A DNA stretch of 20,000 bases from assembly GCA_051942205.1 (NCBI GenBank), contig JAVECO010000107.1, forward strand, positions 61,295 through 81,294. Reading direction: 5' to 3'. Below the pieces are notes generated by a model that saw only the letters and a program-made list of their open reading frames with translations, was not told the DNA's origin and did not search any database. The number at the start of each line of letters is the position of its first letter. Within the stretch, counting starts at the first letter, position 1. Made by a program: the position numbers and the translations under genes. This document shows positions 9,520 through 20,000 of this stretch, in pieces. This stretch comes from Coniocarpon cinnabarinum (taxonomy: Eukaryota).

Positions 9520-11403
9520 ATGGCATTCAACTTCAACTGGTCGCCACTGATTGCGGATACATCACGCGCACGGGAAATGCTCACGAACGCCCTCAACAAG
9601 TCTCCCAAACCACCCATAATTGTCGATGACATAGTGGTAACAGAGCTCAACCTCGGCAGCACACCTCCGTCCCTCGAGATCCTTGAAGTGGGAGATCTAG
9701 CAGAAGATCGGTTCCGTGGAATATTCAAGATGGTGTACAGTGGAGACGCTTTCCTCACGCTGAAGACGCGCGTTCAAGCAAATCCGCTAAACACGTACTT
9801 ATCGACAAAGCCAAGTTTTGCGTCACCACAACCCCTAGCAGCGGCGAGTGGTCTAACCATACCATTAGCCATAACGCTCAGCGACATTCGACTCTCAGGC
9901 TTCGTGATTCTGGTGTTTTCAAAGCAGAAGGGTGTGACGCTTGTGTTCCGCAATGATCCTCTTGAGTCGTTGAAGGTTTCCAGTACGTTCGACTCCATAC
10001 CTTTCGTTCGGGACTACCTGCAAAATGAGATTGAGAAGCAGCTACGATTGCTGTTCATGGAGGATTTACCTGCAATCATACACCGGCTGTCACTTCGCCT
10101 GTTCGTCCCACCAGATCACCAGCAAGCGTCTGCAGAGCTGAACAGCAACACCCACCTCGACAATGGCCCATCCAACCAGGGCCAGCCTATCGATCCACTC
10201 TCATCCCCACCACAAGGGCCGGCTGCCGTATCAGATGGAACCGAGGGGCAAGGCTGGTTTAGCTTAGACGACTCCGCAAGTTCGTCGAGCTACAGCTTCA
10301 GTCAAAAGAATCTAATCCGCCTTGGTGCCCTCAACGATTCACACCGAACTTTGAGTTTGTTTACACCACCGATACGCGATGTTGTTTTCCGTGCATGGGC
10401 TGGTTCGTCAGAGCACGGCCGGGAGGTTCCGTCGCGGCCACAGCTGGCAACTGCGCAACGCAGCGGACTTACTCTAGCCAGCTTACGTGATCAGAATGGA
10501 CGAATTGGCTCAAGCGAACGTTTGAGCACTGGTTTGCCATCCTTGCGCAGTTCTTCATCTGATGGTCAAGCTCCAGATTCCGTTTCTGAGACAATGCCCA
10601 ATGTCCAGCGAAACATGAATTCGACTAGACCAAGTCTGGCGAACACATCTTACTCATCATTCTATTCATATAGTACCGGTAGCACTCTAGTCACTGGTGC
10701 TTCACGACCACGAACGCGCAAGCGCAAGCACCGTATTGTGAATTTACGCAGGGTTGCACCCGATGGTACCGGTGACTCTCCCACCAATGACCAAACTATG
10801 GCGGCTACAGACCGGGCCAGCCGGCCTACCACTCCCACTTCCGCCACTGCTCCTGCGTCTTCTTCCTGGGCTACCGAGTCCAGCCGGGAAGACGATGAGA
10901 TCAACACACCCCCGGAGTCGCCCAACGGGAAGTCTACTCAGAAGTCATCTCCAGATCAACGCACGCCACATGCATCACGCCGGCAACAGCGTCTGGAGGA
11001 GGGCAACGAGACCGTCAGACCATCACGGCATACCAAATCTGCTCTCCAACAAGACTTTGACGACTTATCCACCAATCTTAATTCAAAGATGCAAGGCAAT
11101 CTACTAAGCTTCAGGGAGACGCCTTCCACGGCCGATGATGCAATGCCTGAAATCAAGGCATCGTCTTCTTCATCACCCGTGCTCTCAACGCCCTCATACC
11201 CACTTCCCTTCCCCAATTACGGCGGGAGCGCCCAGCCTGGCGGGATCTTGGAGCAAGCGTGGCTGATGAAGATGGCTGCGGAGATTACCAGACGGGCCGA
11301 GAGCGAGCGTCGGAAGCAGAATGAAGATTTCTGGAATGGCAAATGGGATACCTCGACCGGCGAGCTAGAGGCAAGAGGCCCACCGCCAGCTTATGGAGCT
11401 TAG
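9520..11403 (+). CDS. MDM34: Mitochondrial distribution and morphology protein 34 (ERMES complex, SMP domain), 627 aa
   Basis: Diagnostic start [10 protein letters not shown]...[71 protein letters not shown] and [27 protein letters not shown]...[12 protein letters not shown]. Also an [12 protein letters not shown] motif and C-terminal [15 protein letters not shown]...PPPAY. Single uninterrupted ORF. The true ATG is 9520, not the GTG at 9496. Confidence 0.97.
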   Translation: MAFNFNWSPLIADTSRAREMLTNALNKSPKPPIIVDDIVVTELNLGSTPPSLEILEVGDLAEDRFRGIFKMVYSGDAFLTLKTRVQANPLNTYLSTKPSFASPQPLAAASGLTIPLAITLSDIRLSGFVILVFSKQKGVTLVFRNDPLESLKVSSTFDSIPFVRDYLQNEIEKQLRLLFMEDLPAIIHRLSLRLFVPPDHQQASAELNSNTHLDNGPSNQGQPIDPLSSPPQGPAAVSDGTEGQGWFSLDDSASSSSYSFSQKNLIRLGALNDSHRTLSLFTPPIRDVVFRAWAGSSEHGREVPSRPQLATAQRSGLTLASLRDQNGRIGSSERLSTGLPSLRSSSSDGQAPDSVSETMPNVQRNMNSTRPSLANTSYSSFYSYSTGSTLVTGASRPRTRKRKHRIVNLRRVAPDGTGDSPTNDQTMAATDRASRPTTPTSATAPASSSWATESSREDDEINTPPESPNGKSTQKSSPDQRTPHASRRQQRLEEGNETVRPSRHTKSALQQDFDDLSTNLNSKMQGNLLSFRETPSTADDAMPEIKASSSSSPVLSTPSYPLPFPNYGGSAQPGGILEQAWLMKMAAEITRRAESERRKQNEDFWNGKWDTSTGELEARGPPPAYGA

Positions 11404-11653
11404 CGGAACTCTGATACGAAGATTGAGACGAAGCTGACCGCGTTCATGAGTGTCGACTGGAAGACGCATCAGTCTTGAAAGGAGATGGCTGTGGCGACAC
11501 TGTAAAAGTACTAATGATGATACCCCACTTTTGTACGTATTGGCGTCGATTCGACGCACGAGCTTTAATATGATCATTTACAATTGGCTCCTGGCTCCCT
11601 CGCGATGTTCAGCCATCGACTGACGCTACACCAAAACCTCTCAGCGGCGACAC

Positions 11654-11683
11654 GGTACATAGTACATGGTACATGGTACATGG
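11654..11683. repeat. Short tandem repeat (GGTACAT)x4
   Basis: GGTACAT AGTACAT GGTACAT GGTACAT GG read directly, about 250 nt downstream of the MDM34 stop. Confidence 0.85.
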
Positions 11684-12781
11684 CGATTAGTCGAGGCGTA
11701 GTGGCCGTGTTCGTCACATACATGCACGGGAAGCTTCGCCACATGTCCGCTCAAGATTGGGCCATCGCACGACATATGTGGCAAGCGAGTAGAGCTTCAG
11801 CGTCGCTGCCGCACCTTCCATATGAAGCGCGATCGGTGATGAGAGCAAGCTAAAGCGACCTGCCTCCAGTCTGCGCATGAAACGTTGCTGTCGCTCGGGA
11901 GGTCGAGGCTTCGAGCACCGTTGCGCTGAAGAAGCACCTGCATCGTGAAAGCCCTTCGGTGAGCCAGGCGAGGCTGCTGCGCGTGCAGAGGTTGCGTCTA
12001 GATATGCAGGTAAGCGAACCGTGGTGCCGTGCTCGTGCCCGAAAGAGAGGTGGGCGGTCCTAATCGGGCGCTCGAGCCAAGAGATTGGATTGATCGGTTA
12101 ACTGCGGCTGCATCAAATTCTCCGCCCGCGACAGGGTCTCGAAGTCCTCTCCGTCGATGCCGTTGCCGTTGCCCGTTTCTGCCCTCTCTCACGTTGCTCT
12201 CCTCTTCCTGCCCTCCTTGCCTTGCATCTACAAACGCAGGACAGTCCCGTGCCCTCTGGCTGCAAGTAGCCGATTTGTCTAATCTCATCATACGCGCGTG
12301 GCCCGATGTCTGAATTCCATCAGCGTGCAGGTCGGGCCTTGCGCCCTCGGTAGCCGGTGCCGTGGCCAGTTCCAGGTCACACCTCATTTCTCTGACAAAC
12401 GTCCCTTAGGCCTAATTGGTCCTGGTGTCTGGAAATAACAGTGTCGATGGGGGCAAAAACACGCTCGATCTACCAGGAGATGGGCTCATAGAGGCAAACT
12501 TTGTTGCGCTGCTGACGTCGACTGCTGAATTTTTCCTCATTCGCTCCTTGCTTGTTTTTCAACTGTACCTTCAGCCTGGTCGAGTTGCTGCATATCTCGT
12601 TCTACAACAGGAGGCTACCAGCTGCGCACATCTCGTCCAAGCTTGCCAGGGCAGAGCTTGATAGGTTGACCATCTTGATGGCCTGTTGAACGCCTTCACT
12701 CCCTCCCAGCACCTCGTCGGTCATTAAAGCCGCTCCTGTGACCCTCAATCGCAACGCTTTGCGCCCCTACTTTCACTCGCC

Positions 12782-13411
12782 ATGGACCTTCTTTTGCTTG
12801 CTGCCCTATTGGCGATAGGCGCGTTAGCACAGGATTTCGACGTTACAGTCCCCTCTTCATGCACGTCAGATTACGCTGAAGGTGTCGACACCACGCTACT
12901 CACAGTTCCTTACCCACCATCCGCAGTCATCGACATCATTGGCAGTTTCAAAAACCTCACTTGGTCCGCCGTTCCTGCAGACAACGTAACTCTCAATGGC
13001 ACCAACAACGAAATCAACACAGCACGAGCATATAGTCTGTCTGGGCTCCCAGTCACAGAGACCTTGGTAGACTACTATCGCCCAGACCTGACGTGTTTCG
13101 GCGTACCCTTCCGAGCTCAAACATCACGATACCCGGCAGACGTGGCATTCTCTGAACAGCACAATGCGGCGCGCATCGACTTTGAAGGTGATCTCGTCTA
13201 CATGCCTGCCATCGTTCTGTCGGCGTCTTCGCGTTGTCTTGGTGGTGCCACGCTCCTGAATTACACTTCACAATTTTGCGCCACCGATGGTCCAAAAACA
13301 GCCTCTACTCTTCACGAACTTCATACGACGGATTTCCAGATGGTGCAGGCGATGCTTGGGAACGCGTCCTACACAGGTTGTGACGGACTAATGGACGGTT
13401 CGTGTTACTGA
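12782..13411 (+). CDS. Secreted glycoprotein (209 aa), probable Bet v1/SRPBCC-like fungal family
   Basis: Intronless ATG-TGA ORF. Hydrophobic signal peptide MDLLLLAALLAIGALA|QD, 6 Cys and 5 N-glycosylation sequons (NLT, NVT, NGT, NYT, NAS). The segment TVPY....VIDIIGSFKNLTWS....VTLNGTNNEINTARAYSLSG..VTETL resembles secreted fungal SRPBCC-like proteins (family call from memory). Confidence 0.85.
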   Translation: MDLLLLAALLAIGALAQDFDVTVPSSCTSDYAEGVDTTLLTVPYPPSAVIDIIGSFKNLTWSAVPADNVTLNGTNNEINTARAYSLSGLPVTETLVDYYRPDLTCFGVPFRAQTSRYPADVAFSEQHNAARIDFEGDLVYMPAIVLSASSRCLGGATLLNYTSQFCATDGPKTASTLHELHTTDFQMVQAMLGNASYTGCDGLMDGSCY

Positions 13412-15865
13412 TTCTCAAGGTCTGCAAGATTTAACCTATTTCTCTAGAAGCTCTCTACCTCACCATCAAAGACGACATCGAATCCGGCAGCGATGACTGC
13501 AGTTGTAACGGCGATTAACAATGAAGCGCTCTACGATCTCAACACATCAGCGTCTCAAATTGAATGTGACTTTGGATTAACATCTTAATATGCTCGGTAG
13601 ATGACACCGGGTTATCTATCGAATCCAGCCAGGTGCGAACATTGTGCATCTTTGGACAATGTCACGATATCCTGCTCGGTGTCAAGTCTCCCGGCATGGA
13701 TAAAGGTAATGAAGTTGTGGGGCGCTGATCGATCTACGTCGAAACCAAGGGACGATCTTTCGTGACTCTTCGACGTTTGTACTATTAGCGAAAATCAACC
13801 GTTTCTGGAATTGGAATCTGCCGCCTTTTCAGCAGTAAACACCGGCGATTCCAATGCAGGTTACTCCTCACACAGCTTTGGCACCTTGCAAGTCACTGCA
13901 TTTTCGAGACTCTGACAGCCACGAGGATATGCTGAATTCTTCGCGGCGCTTAAACACTGCTCTTCGTACTCGTTCGCAACTTGCCATTGTTCACTTGATG
14001 CTCCTATCGCCATTTTTGAGACCTCATTGACAGCCTCGTCGCAGGTGCGCCTCGATACTCTTGTGAACGGCTACGACCTAGGGAGCATTACAACAAATTT
14101 GAATATATCGCGGAACTTGCAAGAAAACTAACTGGCAAATGGATTACGTGATCCTGTCGCGCGCTTGTATGACCGATGAGAGAGGGGTTCAAAGCCGCGT
14201 GCAATCTCGCATGTGCCACCGAAAGCGGGCTCCCAAGTCAGCAGCGGGGGTTGCCATTCGGCAAACATTCAAGCCTTGGACTGAGCCTCAGCACTAAGAA
14301 GGCGAGCGACCATGGATGTGTTTGATAGCCTCTGAAACACATTTTACCCCTATCTTTAGCGCGCGTCTCGAGCACACCGAGTGTCACGTCGCTCCGAGCC
14401 AATGGCAAGGGTCGTTTCAGAACGCCATCAATGGCACATTGCATGTTTGCGGCGCTCCACGTCGGCCGAGTGTGGGGTAGTTCAGGGGCGAGATAACAAA
14501 AGCCGAGCATTAAGATCACTACAGGAGTGGGCTTGGCACACTTTTGTCAACAGTGTCACTCGAATTCTGATTCCCCGACAATGATGCTTAGATTTGGTAC
14601 ACCACCTGCAGTTGACGAGTGAAAACTTCTACGATGGAGGGCCGAAGGCAAACATACTGCAAGTCTTTGCAAGAGTGTCATCGCAATGCAAACTATGTGG
14701 AGCTTGCCGCGCTGTCGTGCGAGATGCCAGGTGCGTGGAAGTGCCGTCCGCAAAGCACTGCCAACCCCAAGTCAACAGGTGCGAGACCAATGAGGAGAAA
14801 TTCTAGAAGGCTTGTCGTGGTTCGAGGCTAAGCGGTATGCTATCCCAAATGAGGGAATGGGCTATCTTGGTTGCAGAACGAGCCCGCAAATCGGGGGCCA
14901 GGACGAAGAGCTTGGATCCACCAGAGCATGAGGTGATCGGCCGCCCACCGCGCACCGTCCGTATTCCGCATGCGTGCGGTCTGGCAGTGGCGCAACGCTC
15001 AGGCCCGCCGGATGGCTCCCCAGGGCCGCACGGGATGAGACGGCGAAGGCTCCTATGCGGTCTCGAGAGAGAAGGCTGCGACAAGCATGCGCACAGGTAG
15101 ACGGATAAAACGCAGATGTCAGAGCCTGACGCACAGAGCAGCTGTGTGACCCACGGCGTGAGGGCTAAACGGAGTTGCGGCGAGGGTGCATGCAGGCAGG
15201 GGTTGTCAGCGCTACCAGGAAAGTCAAGTTGGGTGGGGTTGGGGAACTTTATGCTGGCGGATCTGAAGAGGATAGGCGATGGGGTGGACTGGCTACAGGG
15301 GCCAGGAGCCAGGGAGCGCCGATGATCGCTCCCAGGATGATGTCGGGGTGCAGCGCAGGACGAACAAGGTTGGGGGCAGGAGAAGACACGCAGTTGCGAT
15401 CGTGGGAAGGTCGTTGGGCAATTTAAGCATCTCTGAAGCCAGCGTCAAGAGGCTCTTTCGCCCACGGAGGAGGAGGCGAGGGGGTGGAGGTAGGATCGGC
15501 AAGAAATGGCCCCCCCTGGAGCTTGTTTGGGGGCGATTTTGGTGACGGAATGTCGCGGGGGGCGGGCGGAAGTGGAGAGGGCCAAACGGCTAGGCTCGCA
15601 TGCATCGACAGGAGGGCAGGCAGGCCCAATTGAAATGCGTTTCAGCAGAGCGGTTGTGGCAACTGGAGGAGAGAGAGAGAGGCCACGCTGGAGTGTTTGG
15701 TGCTGCTCAGCGTCCCTCACACTGACCCTCGAGTGGAGGCGGTGACGATGATGGCGAGACGGTCACGCACCCATTCACTCACCGACTGACCGACTGACTG
15801 TGTCGCCGCGAGGGGGAAGGAAATAGAAATGGGGGAGGGCGGATGGCGTCGAGGTACGGAATACC

Positions 15866-15888
15866 TAGCGAGTTAGCGAGTTAGCGAG
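15866..15888. repeat. Tandem repeat (TAGCGAGT)x~3
   Basis: TAGCGAGT TAGCGAGT TAGCGAG read directly in the region upstream of the C2H2 gene. Confidence 0.8.
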
Positions 15889-16271
15889 GCGGCTAGCGTG
15901 GAGAGCTGGCCCAGGGAACCTCAGAAGCCCCCCCAAAGGAACCCCAAGCTACCGCCGGCTCTCCCCCCCAACTAAACGCTGCTAACCTTAGCTGCCTTGG
16001 GTCCCCCGGCGCACGCAATCGTCAATCGTCCACCTAAACATTTGCTGCACGACCAAACAATCAAGGGCAGCCCGCACACGCCAGTTTGCATCATCATCAT
16101 GCCCATCATGCCCTCCCCAGAGTAAACAACCCAGCTCGTCTCGGGATCTCTTGACACTGTCGGGGGGCTGCTTCTGCTCTTTCCTGCGCCTCCAGTCTTC
16201 CCCCTTCCCTCCCGTGCTCCCGCCTGTCTATTCCGGACTGTCCACGCTGTCCACTCTCGAGTGTCTGTGCT

Positions 16272-16310
16272 GTCGTCGTCGTTGTTTGTTGTTGTTGCTG
16301 CTGCTGCTGC
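16272..16310. repeat. Compound trinucleotide microsatellite (GTC)n(GTT)n(GCT)n
   Basis: gtcgtcgtc gttgtttgttgttgtt gctgctgctgctgc read directly. Confidence 0.8.
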
Positions 16311-16769
16311 CCTCCTTCTGCCGCAGCAGCTCAACACCGCAAACGCACACCTGTCACCACTCTGCGGCGCTGCCTGCCCTCCCTCCCTTCCTCCCTCCCC
16401 CACGCGCCCGCTGCCCGGACGCGAGCACTCTTGTCAACATCCTGGGCGTCAAAGCGTGTCAGAAAGTGCCGGAGGCGTGACTCGCGCCCACCACCAGGCC
16501 CTCGCTGCACCTCCTGGCTCAGGTGGCCCGTCCGCCGTCGTTGATGCCACCACCACCTTGACAGACCTCACACACGCACGCGCGCGCGACTGGCCACTCC
16601 TTTCCTTCTCTCTCGGCCCTGGCACCCATATTACTACCAATTTCACGACGTGTCGCCGTCGCCATACCCACTTCACTCGTTTGATCCGTGGCCGACGCCA
16701 CGCCAGAGGGCCATTGCTCTCGTACGGTCGCTACCACACTCGTTGTCATCTAAGTCTGCCATACCGGCC

Positions 16770-18697
16770 ATGTCCGCCACTTCTCCGACCGCCAGTCTAG
16801 CTGTCGACTCCGCCACCTCGCTCGACACCCTCAGAGATATTCACGCGCAGTGCATTGCCACCTTTGAATCTCTCTGCACCAACCCCGAGTATTCGTCAAA
16901 GCAATGGGTATGTCAACTGTGTTTCATCTGCCTCCTCCGTTGCCGATGCAAGGCGTACTGCGGCTTCGCCCTCAGCCCAGCCATGTGCCTATTTGCGACC
17001 ACGCATCGGGTCATACCTTGCAGACCCGTTCGTGGCAACGGCGACCAACCGCTAACCTGCACCTCACTCCAGCAAGACCAACTCGACGATTTGCGCAACT
17101 GGGGGGAGTGCCTGACAGCCACGCCCAAAGAGTCAGACGCGTTTGCAGCTCGACTGAGAGACTTGGGCCACTTGCGGGATGCCCTGCGCACTCACTTGAG
17201 TACATTGCTCACTCTGCTGAAGCAAGGTAAGTCTTGTCTCGTCTATTTCCAGCAGTCACCGAGTCTTTGAGTCGCATCTTCGCTGCGTCTTCAGTCTCTG
17301 TCGATTTCAGCGGTGCATACTGATATGTATGTGTGGCAGCAAATGGTCAAGAAGAAGCAAAGACGCCCAGCAGCTTCAAAATTGCTGGCATCGATGTCTT
17401 GGCCAGCCCCTCAATCAAGCTCGAAGATGAAGGCACTCGGCGAAAATCAATGGAGTTTTCCGCCATCACCAGATACATTACCGATCTTGCTGCATTTGAG
17501 GGATCGCCTTCTCAGTATCCATCTTACGAGCAGGCTCGACCGTCTACGAGGTATGTACTATAGCTAAATGCACACGCTGGGAATGCTGCATGTACCCGGG
17601 ATCAGCACCTACCTCCCTTGACCATGATTAGAGATCCTGAAATTCGGGATTCTCTATACTCTTGCAATTTGCTCAACAATCCTGTACAAAGACTTCCAGC
17701 TGACACAAGATGCTTGCAGGCGATCTGGTTCAAGCTTCGACGATGCAAAAGATGGCTCGGATCCATCTTCCGCCGCCTCGGTCAGCCCTGTTGCAGCTTC
17801 GGCACAATCCACTAAACGTCGACGGAGATTTTCGATTTCGAGCTCAAACGGTGGTCAGACACCTGTGAATGTAAGTACTAATTCTTGCAACGCTAAAGGC
17901 CTTTATGAGTGGATCCTTCTTATCATGCACGCCATCCAAAATGCCTTTCTACCTATCGCAAATTTCGAAATACGACGAGACTAGAGACATTTTTCAAAGG
18001 CTAACGACGTGGCATACAGCAAATATCTCCAAACACTGACAACCTCGCACAACAACTGCAGGCCATGCCTGGTACCACGTCCAGGCTATCGCCTCAGAGC
18101 GCCACGCAAACCACCTTACCGCCTCTCAGTCAAACCTTACAGCCAGGTCCACCTCCAACAGCAACCGCGCCGCGAATGCGCAGTCCTTACGACGCCTCTC
18201 AGTATCCCTCGCCTCATCCACAGCTTCCGCCCACACATCCATATCAACCTCCAGGTCTCGTCCCACCGCCGCCCCAACACCTGACCTTCTCGCAATATCC
18301 TCCGCCACCTGTGCCACAGCCGGCTCCGCCCAATACGTATCCACCGCCTCAAATTGCGATCCCTGAAAAGCGCCCTCCAAAGCGAGCCCCTTCCACGACC
18401 GGGCCTCCTCCAACATCTCAGCCCGGTCCTCGGGTCGTTCCCCAAACACCACACCGCTTGTTGATCCCTAATCAGCAAGGGGAGGACCCCGGTTCGGCAG
18501 TGACGCCCTCACCTAAGCTGACCAAGACTGGCCGTGTCAGCAAGGCCCTACGTGGAGAACCTGTGCATGCTTGCAATATTTGTGAGAAGGTCTACACGCG
18601 CGCTGAACACCTGCGGAGGCATCGCAGCAATCATCGCGTAAATCTGTTGAGGAACGCGCCGCCGGGACCGAGCCCCACAAATGCGGAGCAGTCATGA
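16770..18697 (+). CDS. C2H2 zinc-finger transcription factor (~443 aa) with an N-terminal helical domain, a Pro/Gln-rich middle and a single C-terminal finger
   Basis: Exons 16770-16907, 17073-17226, 17340-17550, 17720-17870 and 18020-18697. Introns: 16908-17072 (GTATGT..GCTAAC..CAG), 17227-17339 (GTAAGT..ACTGAT..CAG), 17551-17719 (GTATGT..GCTGAC..CAG) and 17871-18019 (GTAAGT..GCTAAC..CAG). All phases are compatible (1332 nt). The finger is KTGRVSKALRGEPVHACNICEKVYTRAEHLRRHRSNH, and there is an NLS-like KRRRR. Confidence 0.88.
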
Positions 18698-20000
18698 GAC
18701 GGGAATGTTTGTACGAATATGCATGGTTTTGAAGCGCTGATTGCGAGGCGACGGAAGACTTTTGGAACCCCGACTCAGTGGCTGCGTCAGGCGCGTCAGA
18801 TTGCATCCATGGCTGCGCGAATTCTCTCCTGGATTTCAGCTGTCATCATGGCAGCTCAATGGATGCACACCCTGGTGCGCGGGTCCCAGCTGCCTCACAC
18901 GCCCGAAGCAGCCTTGGTTGGGGAAGTATTCATCGCGACGGCCGATCATCTATCACGACGCCTCTGACACGATATTACACACTGCGCACCATCGCAGTCT
19001 TACACACACTGGTAATGTAACAAAAGCGTACAACAGCATCAATGAATTGAGACTTCTCCAGGCCCATCTTACGATACGTTGATCATGTACCATACGAGCT
19101 GACGCGCTTGCAGTGCGTGTGCGCGTACCTTTCTGCTCCTGCATCACGATCATCGCTCTCTGACACGTCAGAAGCGGTATAGACACCCGGACTTTCCTGG
19201 CTCGCTCGTGCCGTGCCTGCAGCGTATCACACCACGTCACGTAATCTAGGGGATACTCCGTGCCCTCACTGTTGAGAACTTGCCAATTCTTGGCCCCGCG
19301 TTCTAACCCGCCCCCACACCTCTCCGTGCTGGACTTTGTTCCAACCGCACCGTCCGCTGTCGACTCTACAGGGATGGTGGGTGGTGGAGGCGGAGGAAAG
19401 CACAGCAGATGCCACTGCGCATTGCACCGTACGGAGTCCTGAGAAATCTAGGTACGGGGGCGCTTTCACGGCCAAATGTCCGTGCGTAGGGTAATAGAAC
19501 CCTAAGTTCTAATTATCAACGCAGGGCCGCGCAGATCCTGCAGAGAGTCGGGGCCGCAAAGACAACCCATTTCCTGTTATCGCCAAAGGTTTGTCTAGGT
19601 CTTTGCTAATTATCTGGAGTGCGCAGGATTTTGATTCATCTGCCGCCTCTCGGACGAAGTGCGAACATGGCGCCGGCTCATCGCCAGTACCCCTGCCGTT
19701 TCCTGGGTCTGTCCCTACAACGGCATTAGCTTGACAGTGGAAATCCAACGGCACTGTCCAAATCGGGTAAAATTGCCTGTCTCGCCGTGATAGATGAGAT
19801 GAAGGAAAGAAAAAAATCAATGCTAGTGCGCATTGGCCTATACTTAGAAACATTGAATCACCGTGACTTTCAGCGGCATTTGCTTGTTCGGTGGACTTGA
19901 TGCTTACGGGTGGGGAATCCCGTAGGCAATTGAGCCTCATCGGGCGAGCTAGTGTCTATTTCCGGTGATGGGCGGGATGGTGGGTGCGGGAGGTGGTGAA

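Noticed and set aside
11998..12387. 129-aa minus-strand ORF
   Set aside because: Composition is typical of GC-rich noncoding frames, with no motifs.
14238..16749. Dense overlapping short ORFs on both strands
   Set aside because: GC-rich, low-complexity upstream region of the C2H2 gene. The ORFs are explained by scarce stop codons.
18638..19100. Additional intron (GTAAAT near 18638) leading to a second C2H2 finger
   Set aside because: No downstream frame encodes a second C-x2-4-C...H-x3-5-H finger, so the stop at 18697 is retained.

Overview
Eukaryotic DNA from a filamentous ascomycete (Pezizomycotina-type), shown by short GT-AG introns with CTRAC-type branch points. Six protein-coding genes can be supported: (1) a partial S/P-rich hypothetical gene running off the left edge (minus, ATG at 772); (2) a 3-exon, ~177-aa protein with an N-terminal U1/matrin-like zinc finger (minus, 5526-6196); (3) a 3-exon, ~354-aa gene (plus, 7574-8772) that splices a Mutator-transposase-like FAR1/AFT zinc-binding DNA-binding domain in frame to an Ecm15/UPF0045 (Thiamine_BP) domain and a Q/P/H-rich tail; (4) intronless MDM34, an ERMES subunit (9520-11403); (5) a secreted, N-glycosylated protein, probably Bet v1/SRPBCC-like (12782-13411); (6) a 5-exon, ~443-aa single-C2H2-finger transcription factor (16770-18697). 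The most notable feature is the FAR1-Ecm15 fusion, a candidate small-ligand (thiamine-like) sensing transcription factor. The ORF track hides it as two separate ORFs. No tRNA, rRNA, CRISPR array or intact transposon was recognised. All gene models were spliced by hand and no database searches were run.
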